From Octopus vulgaris (Eukaryota), in the NCBI GenBank assembly GCA_951406725.2, contig OX597828.1, positions 10,168,001 to 10,232,000 of the forward strand: a stretch of DNA of 64,000 nt. Reading direction: 5' to 3'. The notes beneath the pieces are model-generated. The model saw only the letters and a list, made by a program, of their open reading frames with translations, searched no databases and was not told where the DNA came from. Positions 54,115 through 64,000 of the stretch are shown here, one piece after another (position 1 is the stretch's first letter; every line of letters begins with the position of its first letter). The translations under genes and the position numbers were made by a program.

Positions 54115-55464
54115 TTGTAATGTGTGCATATATGTAATTGTTTGTGCGTGAGTGTGTGTGTTTGTGTATGTTGGCATGTGTGTGTGTGCATCCATGTATA
54201 TGTCTGAGCATTTATATAGATAGATATTTTATATTTCTATTATTGGCATAAGGTTCGGTTTTCGCCCCTCGAATCTCATTGTTACCTCTGCCGATGTAAT
54301 GTGTATGCGTTTGTGATCGTGTTTATTAGGTATGAGTATGTATATGTATAAAATGATGATGATGCAGATCTAAATGGAATGTAATCAACGAAAACTATAA
54401 AAAAAAGAATAATACAGTATAATATTGCAGAGTTTTGTGTCGTATTTAAGCTTTATAGTGGAACACGTTATTAACGGTGGGATTGTCCTTTTATTGATAT
54501 TAGCAGAATATTTCCATTTCCCTCTCCAGTCCTTCAGGGATGTCGGGATGATACCTTTATTGTCTCCCACTGTGACAGTCACATATTACTTTATATATGT
54601 GAATATGTCTTCTCCGAATTTTCGATAACTAAACGCATGATACATACTACGGATTTTATTTCCACGAGTTTCTCCCAGCAGGGGAATAATGTACGACAGT
54701 TAGTCAATTGTTCAATATTACGGTCGTCAATTTGATTTAATCATCTCTATTTTATGTATTATTTTATTTTGCATTACATTCCCCAAGCAGATTATAAATT
54801 GAAAATTGCCCTTCTATTAAATACTTTTTAAGATATCGGTATATAATTCCCCAAGACGAGTAATTGATTATGTAATAATGGCTTAACCATGGATATCGGC
54901 AACTGCGTGTTGGAGCCATATTATTGAATTCCACACAGGGTATATAATAGGTAATAACTATATCAACGATGGCATGGGATGATCTGCATATTTGCATATT
55001 CCATAATAACATTGTAAAATTAATGAATACGGAATAGCTTGATCGCCAAATGCAGTGGCGAGATAGTACAATGCCTTTCAGTGACCTGATTGTAGAATAT
55101 AAATCCTTAGTTTTGTCATGAATACACAGCGAATATACATATCTGTGCGTGTGAGTGAAGACATGTGGAGCCGGGTGTATATGTGTAAACATATAATACC
55201 ATTGCATACACACACATACACACATACACATACTCAAACACATGCACACACAAAGAAACGCGTGTACACATGCACATAATGCATAAAAATACCTTTAAAG
55301 CAGTATCTAGCAGACAATTCATTAAGTTTATGACTTGATACATATTTTAGAGAAAATAAGCAGACAAAATGCATTTTAAGATTAAACTATGCATATGTTT
55401 AAAACAGTTATAACGGACTGGATACATGTATATTACTAATGTCTGAAGGAATAATTAAAAATAA

Positions 55465-55718
55465 ATAAATGTGCCCTTTTTAAAGCCTATCCAGGCCCAT
55501 GGACCCGGTTTCTCGGTTTCTATGGCGTATGTGTTCCCCAGCTGGACAGGACGCCAGTCCATCGCAGCATTACTTATTTTTGCCAGCTGAGTGGACTGGA
55601 GCAACGTGAAATGAAGCGTTTTGCGCAAGAACACAACGCGTCGCCCGGTCCAGGATTCGAAACCACAATCTTATGCTCATGATGCTGACACCCTAACCAC
55701 TAAGCCACGCGCCTCCAC
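55465..55718 (-). mobile_element. SINE family C, full length
   Basis: Minus head gtggaggcgcgtggcttagtggttagggtgtcagc..ggtttcgaatcc (A and B boxes). Confidence 0.9.
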
Positions 55719-56352
55719 AATGAGTAATTAGTAAGTACAAAATTCAAAAATATCAAATTGTCGTTGATAATTGCATGCACAAAATGGCTTGAGCACGAAG
55801 CAGAAGTAAAGGGTTCAGATTTCCATTACAGTAGAATGTCTTGTGTTTTGGTGTTGACATACTACAGCAGACTCCATCAAAATATCCCTATTTAATACAC
55901 ACTTCGATGTATGACTAATAAACAACGTATAAATTAACAATCATATTGGAATATATGAGTGAACACTAGAGCCGTTGACGACAGGGTTTGTACTTACTGC
56001 GGTATACAGGTAACACAGCTGAAAACAAACACTAAGCGACTTCCGACATCTGAATACTTGTGAGACGAAATATGTTGAGGAAAAAATAACAACTCAATAT
56101 AACTTTATACATATACACACTTACATAAATACAAAGATTCATACACACACAGACATACATACACGCATACATGCATACATATGTCTGTGTTCCTGCGTGT
56201 ATATATATTCATGTATTCGAGGCAGCTAATTCATTTACGTATATTATTGCAAAGTAATAAAGCTGATTGATATAAACTTCGTTGTCGTATAGAAATGTAG
56301 ATGTGAAGATATTTATTTAGATACGCACCGAATTACACACTCATATACACAG

Positions 56353-56409
<57 letters not shown>

Positions 56410-57272
56410 GAGTGAGAGAGAGAGAAAGAGAGGGAGGGAGAGATTGATAGATAGGTAGATATAATTGTATATATATATAAACACGAATATGTATGTATGC
56501 ATATATGTGTGTGTTTGTGTGTGTCCATATATATATGAAGGTAGATGTCTCTTTGTGTCAGTGTGTGTATGTATTAGTGCGTTCTTAGATACTTTTATAT
56601 CTACAAGCTCTATTTATCATAGTGTCAATCTATCTATATATAAATCAATTTATGCTTTTATAGCACGTATAGGTATGTACGTGAGTGACAGAGAGAACGT
56701 GTTTGCATGTAAACATATATATATATATATATGTATGTGTGCGACATATATGAAAATATATAAGAGCTAATTTCTTAATTTGTTTATTTATAAGCCATTA
56801 TACGAAGAATACAGGTAAATAAAATATAATACTAATGAAATTATATGCAAACTTTATAAATGAATAAACATTAGAAAAGCAAATTACAAAGTGTTAACCT
56901 ATGTATTTTTATATATTATTTTCAAGCAGATTCTGAACTGTTTATTGTGTTTAAATTTTGTTTGTCATCTTGTAGCAAGTGTAAATATATTTATTAGGAT
57001 TCCAAAATGGCGTTTTGTATGGCAGCAAATAAAAATTAATTACTGCATTGCTTTTCATTTATGAAAATTAATACTCTTATTACAATCCATATTCATATGC
57101 GTGTCAATATGTAAGCAATCAAGTAAACAGAGAATGTATGTTTGTGGATGTATATTTGTACATATATATAGATATATGTATATATATATATACATACATA
57201 TATAAATATATATATATATATGTATGCATACACATCACTCATACATTTATACAAGCACATACACATACGTAT

Positions 57273-57348
<76 letters not shown>

Positions 57349-57518
57349 CATTTTACGCACGCAAGCTGCACACCTGTAATTTGTGCATTAATGTACATGC
57401 GTAAGTAGTTAGTCTGGAAATCTGGCTATGTGCAATTTTAATGATGTGCCTAAAAGTATGCGAAAGTACTCACGCGAATATAAATTTGTGGACAGGCTTG
57501 TGTGTATAGATACGTGTT

Positions 57519-57926
57519 CTTGAAAATATTTTTCGGGGCCCTGAGAACAGACTGAACACCTTTGGTACCGGGGGTTTGCACAGGGCGATCAGTCGGTCTG
57601 CGTCCCATCGGTCGCATTTTCTGCAAGATACCTCTTTATCTGCTGTGACTATGTAGAATGTGACCGACTAATACAAACCCTCAACACAATCTGATCCTCA
57701 GCGAAGAGAGCACGGTACGCAAAGCCTAAGTCAGAATATCCAGTAACTTGACGAAATATCTGAGCTTGGGTTCCTCAATCACATAAGTAACGAGACGCAT
57801 CCCAGCTTCCGAGAAGACCCGTTAACTGGATCCGAAATTCAACCAATGGTAACCCTTAAATCTGTGCAGACTCCCGGTACCAAAGGTGCTCAGTCTGTTC
57901 TCAGGGACCCGAGCAATAATTTCAAG
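57519..57926. mobile_element. 408-bp element with 65-bp terminal inverted repeats
   Basis: 57519-57583 versus the reverse complement of 57862-57926: 58/65 identical. Confidence 0.85.
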
Positions 57927-57989
57927 CACATTAAGAACCGAATATTTCTTCTCATAAATTTCTGCTCAAATATCGGCGGTACCAAATAC

Positions 57990-58640
57990 CGTTCTCCAAC
58001 TAATTACCAAGTTTACAACTGCACCAGCTTATCCAAGTCTTTCTAGAAATCCAGACCGGCAGCTAATGCCGTTATGTCGAGACATCTAGAGCCTATAATG
58101 ACTTCGATATTCCCACCAGTAACAGAGACAGATGAGTTACAGTCCATATATTCACTCTAAATGCACCAGTTCATACAAGTCGTTTTAGGGCTCCAGGCTG
58201 GTAGTTAATCCCGATGTGAATCATGCCGTTGAGATAAGGAAAGAGTACAATGACTTCGATATTCTCACAAGCAACAGAGACAAATGAGTCGGAGTCCTCC
58301 AAGAAGCCAACGAAAGACTGTATCTTTGTCTCTAACACCAACCGTTTACGCTTCCCCACACAGTGAAAAGAGAACTCTCCTTAAGGCATCCAGTCACTCA
58401 ACAAGAATATCTGTCAACAGCGAAGTCTAATCTGTAACCATAGTTTCATCATTAAGAGCACTTCATATAAATCTAACCATCATCCAGCCAAGAATCCAAT
58501 CCTATAGGCATTAAATAGAGGACGAGCCAAGACAAAACCTTGACGGATCCCAAATCTACTGGGGGGAAAATGACAGATGTTGAGTCCTCAATACAAACCG
58601 CACTGAATATTCTATCACTCATACTGCCGAAATATACGAT
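57990..58640 (-). mobile_element. Decayed RTE-clade RT fragment
   Basis: GIRQGFVLARPLFNA..ETKIQSFVGFLEDSDSFVSVACENIEVIVLFPYL resembles RTE RT motifs (GVRQGCVLAPTLFN..KTKIQ..VEVV..F.YLG). Internal ~45-bp duplication at about 58094 and 58247. Confidence 0.65.
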
Positions 58641-58699
58641 CAAGAGAGATACAATTGTTGTCTAATAGATAGAATATTCATGAAGTAATAATCTTTTCT

Positions 58700-58881
58700 A
58701 ATAAAGGCATAAACCTTAAATTTGGTGGGTGGTGCTAGTCGATTATATCGACCCCGATCCTCATCTGGCACTTATTTTAGCTACCTACAGTGGATGAAAA
58801 GCACGATCGACTTCGGTTGAATTTGAACAGAGAACGTAAAGACAGATGAAATGGTGCTTAGCATTTTGCTTGGCGTGCTAA
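58700..58881 (-). mobile_element. Old SINE family B copy
   Basis: tagtcgattatatcgacccc..ggatgaaaagcacgatcgacttcggttgaatttgaac..ggcgtgctaa. Confidence 0.75.
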
Positions 58882-59100
58882 GTATAATTTATACACTAAC
58901 CCGTGGATTGGGTACCATTTCTTCTCTTTTACCATATGAAAATACAATCATTCATATTTAGGCACAATTTGACCGAATCGAAATCATGGGTTCCCGAGTT
59001 CAAAGACATTGAGCGATATTCTGTGCTAATATATTTTTATTACGATCTGTCCAACTCATAATATAAATACGACGGTTCTCCAACGCAAGTGTGTGTGTGT

Positions 59101-59145
<45 letters not shown>

Positions 59146-59184
59146 TGTGTACGTGTGCGTGTTTGTGTGTGCATGTCTGCGTGA

Positions 59185-59222
<38 letters not shown>

Positions 59223-59723
59223 GGCAATTGTGGTTACTCTTAGTGTATATGTTTTCGTTCATGTGCGTTTTCGTCCATGAGCAATGTATGTGTTTCGAAC
59301 ATCTTAGTCACAATTAGTAACAATTATAATTTTCCTTTTTGGTGAAACATTGCAACCTGCTGTTTATATTAAATTTAAGTGTGTGTGTGTATGTTTGTGT
59401 GTGTATATATATATACAGAGAGAGAGAGCGAGGTCACTAACGTGACAGAGAGTAGAAAATGGTACCAGCATTGCTAAAAACAATAGTTAAAACGACTCAT
59501 TAGCTACAAATCACAATCTTAATAAGCCCACAAAAGGAGACAAAGGTCCCTAAGGTCGCAGATATAGCCATATCAATGATTTCGAATTTTCATGCAGAGC
59601 ACCTGAATTCATGTCAGTGCCTCTTACTCAAATCCCTTAAACTCACCTCGTCAACTTATAGGAAAGGTAGTTGAAATCGTGCTGATTTCAAAAACGGTAG
59701 AAGAGAAAATTATAAATAATATG

Positions 59724-59879
59724 AGTGGCTTATTAGCAATTTAACAACCTGAGTGTAAATCTATAAATTTCACTGACGTGACAGAGGACATAAACGGGTA
59801 CCTGCATTGCTAGAAGTAAGAGACACTTTAGTGACGACTGTAAATTTGCCTTTCGGTTGTGTAATTGCTAATAAGCCAC
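59724..59879. mobile_element. 156-bp MITE-like element with a truncated copy at about 59434-59531
   Basis: gtggcttattagcaatt..acaacc / ggttgt..aattgctaataagccac TIRs; internal tcact(g/a)acgtgacagag..ggtacc(t/a)gcattgcta is repeated upstream. Confidence 0.65.
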
Positions 59880-60029
59880 ACATGTGGGGTGTGTATATGT
59901 GCAAGTTGTGGTGAGCATTTTGTTGTATAAATTATGCAAAAATGAAAATAACACTGACATCTCATTTCAATAGATATATTTACCAAAATTACATAAAAAT
60001 ATCTTGAAATACTAAAGAGTAAATGATTA

Positions 60030-60335
60030 CATTAAAATCGCCATTGATTTCAATCACGAACTTCAGGCGACTTCGAAAACTCCTGCAACTATTCTGGTCT
60101 GTCTCCTTGTTTAAGTTGGTGAATGCTGCCATAATCCTTTCCTTCAGTTTGTCTTTGGTGTTACAAAGAGCTTTGTTAATCTCACGCTCAACTGGGCCTT
60201 ACGCATAATAATCAAGGGTCTTGCAGTCTGGGGAAATAGGGGGCCAGTTGATACGAGTGATATGGTCGCAAAAATTGTTTGACAGCCATAACTGGATTCT
60301 CCTGTTTATGCAGACGTAGGATCTGTTGCAAGACA
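60030..60335 (-). mobile_element. maT/DD37D-like transposase C-terminal fragment
   Basis: Minus peptide WPPISPDCKTLDYYA*GPVEREINKALCNTKDKLKERIMAAFTNLNKE..CRSFRSRLKFVIEINGDF. Confidence 0.8.
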
Positions 60336-60336
60336 G

Positions 60337-60387
<51 letters not shown>

Positions 60388-60677
60388 TCAAGAAAGTTAG
60401 GGGGTGTGGGTCCAACCCACTAAGGGATAAAAATCTATCCAAAATACTGTTGGTATAATACCCAATTATTAATACACATTTGTTTTTATATTATATTCTA
60501 TATTTTATCTTTCATATACTATGTATTGTGAACAGCAGAATACACGTAATCTAATATTAATAATGATATTAGTAATAAATGAATATTATATATGTACTCA
60601 TGGATATGGCTGTGTATGTGTATGTACATTTCAGTATTTATATTTAATTATCTATTACACTGTATGTATGCATATTA

Positions 60678-60800
<123 letters not shown>

Positions 60801-60820
60801 ATATCTATCTATCTATCTAT

Positions 60821-62186
60821 CTGGCGAACACGTACATCGCGTCCGTCATCTACTACCGCCTGACGTCGTGCCTTGTCCCGACCCTACCATCACCAAACCA
60901 GAACGTATTCTCTTTCGCCTCTAGTGGAAAGGATGCGTCCCGATGATCAGGCGATCCATTTGCTGTCAACACCCTTTAAAAGGAGGACTGGTCATGCCGT
61001 GGTTGATGATGCGCAGACACGCACTGAGACTGCGACATCTCAGTCTCTTCGTAGACGACGGTAAACAGGTGTAGTCGCCGTTTATGAGGCACGCTTTCCC
61101 GCAGCTCATCTCCATGACCGAACTGCTGTCGTGGATCAAAAAGAGGCCGAGGAAGGGCGAATGGCACCGTGGGTGTCGCGTTGCTCTCAAGCAACTCTGC
61201 CGTCCTGGGTCGACCTTGAGTGACTCCATCACAACCAAAGCATTCTATAGGGGATTAGTGGAGGGGAGGTACGACGACGAGCTCGGAGCGAACCTGGACG
61301 TCGACGAGGAATACCTGACCAGAGATCCCTGGCCTGGCAGTGCTACCGAGAAGCGCAACCCGTTCGGGATAAGCTCTACAGACACGGCTCGAGAAACACG
61401 GGGCCGACTTGCCCGAGATGCGGTCAGAACGACGAAACCGTTCTGCACGCACTCGTGCAGTGTCCAACAATTTCCGACCTGTGGGCTTATGTCGAACAAC
61501 TGCTGTCACGTGTGGGACGAGTCGGTTTATCAGCTGAGTCTATCGTCAATATTGTCACGCCTTCTTCCTTCAAACGGGAAGGAAGAGCTATTTTCATCAT
61601 CCTTGTGGCTATGGCGAAGGAATGTCTCTGGTGGACGCGTATGAAAGGATTGGAGACAAACACTTTCCTCTCTGGTCAATCTCTCATCAACTTCTTCAAG
61701 TACCACTTGAAAAGGAAAGTGAGAGTAGAGAGGCAAGTTTTGTCTAGCGAATGTCTTAAAAAAAGATGGGTGAATGTAGCAAGGACGGCCCGTACGAATG
61801 ATGAAGCCACCTTGAGCATAATCCTATGAACCCATAAATTGAAAACAGAGGGTTACCCACTTGCAAACAAATGTGGTAACATGTAACAATATTAACCGAG
61901 GTTACCGTGGTCTTTTTCGTAGGCTTTTCTTCCCACGGATAAACCTTATCTGCTTTCCCCTTTACACCGTACATTATGACACTGTGATACACGATCCCTA
62001 TTGATCGTTTTTTTCCTCTCTCCCTTTTATCCTCTTTTTTCTTCCTATTTTATTTTTCTTTTCCTTTTTTTATCTTTTTTTCCCCTTTTACGATCCCTTT
62101 TTTTGGTTTGTTTTGGTTTTTTTTCGTTTTTTTACCTTGTAATTTGTTCCATCTGTGTGCAGCCCTGTGTGTCCAATAAAGAAACT
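60821..62186 (+). mobile_element. 5'-truncated Tx1/L1-clade non-LTR retrotransposon embedded in (ATCT)n
   Basis: LANTYIASVIYYRL..ERILFRL*WKG..QHPLKGGLVMP (RT thumb), CCHC finger CPRCGQNDETVLHALVQC, stop at 61829, T-rich 3'UTR, AATAAA at 62175. (ATCT)n on both sides. Confidence 0.88.
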
Positions 62187-62191
62187 TATCC

Positions 62192-62253
<62 letters not shown>

Positions 62254-62276
62254 ATATATATATATATATATATTTA

Positions 62277-62329
<53 letters not shown>

Positions 62330-62330
62330 T

Positions 62331-62392
<62 letters not shown>

Positions 62393-62420
62393 AAATATGT
62401 GAGTATTTTGTTTTATATTT

Positions 62421-62570
62421 ATCACCTTGATCACCTTGATCACATTGACCGACCAGTCAGTCGGGCATCCATTTGACACCGCTGGTCACAGCGTTCTGGC
62501 CACTCTGGATCACGCCTTTCTCATCCACGCGAACCCAATCGTCTTCCTGAAATCGTAACTCCGCCATCGT
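62421..62570 (-). mobile_element. LINE (RTE-like) 3' end with tandem (CAAGGTGAT)n tail
   Basis: Minus strand RWRSYDFRKTIGFAWMR.. followed by gtgatcaaggtgatcaaggtgat. Confidence 0.55.
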
Positions 62571-62582
62571 AGATTGTACTTT

Positions 62583-62698
62583 ATAATCTCTGACGAGGCC
62601 TAGAGATATATACAAGTACCTCATTTTCAACTGCCTATTACCTCAATACAGGCAGCATGAGGTGCTTTTATCTATAGGCTGCAACAGCTGTAAGTTAT
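62583..62698 (+). ncRNA. Long-stem-II hammerhead motif with one core substitution (GAAA to GCAA)
   Basis: ct-CTGACGA(62590-62596)-ggcc..aagtacctcat..ctgcct..aggcag..atgaggtgctt..ggct-GcAAC agct GTA-ag; palindromic ACAGCTGT stem III. Confidence 0.75.
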
Positions 62699-62872
62699 TT
62701 TAATAATTTATATTCATATTTTTGAATAATTACTCCATTCTTATTTTATATGCATAGAATAATATGATATATGTATGTATGTTATTATAATTATCATTTT
62801 AATAAATAAGTTAACATTTTAACGTCATAAAGTTGATGAACCAACTATTGTGCTTCTCCATTTTGTTATTTG

Positions 62873-62946
<74 letters not shown>

Positions 62947-63674
62947 ATATATATATATGAATGTATATATATATATATATATATATATATGAATATATAT
63001 ATATATATATTTGCATGTATGTATATTTCTACGCATTTATATACGCATATATACATAGATATGTTTGTGCCTGCGGTATTGAGTATGTGAGCGAGCATAT
63101 ATTCCTCAGCATATTTGCGTTTTATATTATGTATTACTATATCATTCCCTACTTTCATAATCAGCAGAGAATGTGATACATATTTTCGAACAAATCGTGA
63201 CTGCACGTGTTTATGGAGGTTGTGGATATTTGAAAGCTTCCTCGCGACTTTATCAATGTATTACAGGTTGCGTTGAACAGAATTAAGTAGAATATAATGT
63301 CCCGTTACGTTGCAATTTTGCTTCGGCTGGGAATTGACGATTACTCTGAATCTGAGTTACTGACAACAATAATAGAATACACATACAGCCATTATTTACT
63401 TGTAATACAATTTTATTTATTCTATAATAACAAGCCACAGCAATTGCACACACAAACACACATACACATATGGATATATTTGTATACAGATATATATATA
63501 TATATATACACTGATACATATGTATATATATTCATGTTTGTCAGTGTGTGTGAATGTGTGCATGCGTATTTATGTATATATGTATGTATATATATATATG
63601 TATATATATATACATGTACATATATATATGTATATATATGTATGTATCTATATATATGTATATATATATATGGG

Positions 63675-63708
<34 letters not shown>

Positions 63709-64000
63709 TATATAAATATATATATATATATGTAAGAATATATGATAAAAATATTAAGGCCTACATGCATAAATGTCTATTTGAGTTTGTGCCTATATGT
63801 GGCTTCCTTGTGTGTATATATGTGCATCTGTGTATGTTTATTGTGTTTATATATGCATGTTTTGTGTCTGTGTGCGCATATGTATTTAATGGAGTTTAAG
63901 CCAGTAAAATGATCGTTCCATTAGTTATAGCAAAACTAAAATCTAGTAATGTAGTCGGGGCAGTTTTGAATTAGTAGATGTCTGTTGGATGTGATTACTG

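Noticed and set aside
63215-63262. Minus-strand TTGATAA as another U3-A8 hammerhead
   Set aside because: No GAAA, stem III or stem I follows.

Overview
AT-rich, microsatellite-saturated eukaryotic non-coding DNA. It is most consistent with an octopus (cephalopod) intron or intergenic region, an inference from the tRNA-derived SINE families and the (TA)n/(CA)n/(GATA)n density. No host protein-coding exon is supportable, and almost all listed ORFs are microsatellite read-through. The window is a graveyard of mobile elements: more than 20 SINE copies, mariner and maT-type DNA transposons, non-autonomous Helitrons, a solo LTR, and Penelope-like (PLE), Dong/R4, Tx1, RTE and CR1-like retroelement fragments. 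Two signals are not explained by that catalogue. (1) There are about a dozen hammerhead-ribozyme (HHR) motifs, intact or decayed. Four sequence-unrelated fold-back (palindromic) elements of roughly 120-550 bp are built around outward-facing HHRs, one family using the U3-A8 compensatory core, and several HHRs have very long stem II. (2) Two TIR elements are flanked by unusually long direct repeats (48 bp and about 31 bp), one carrying internal TTAGGG repeats. All alignments and folds were done by eye, so coordinates of degenerate elements are approximate.
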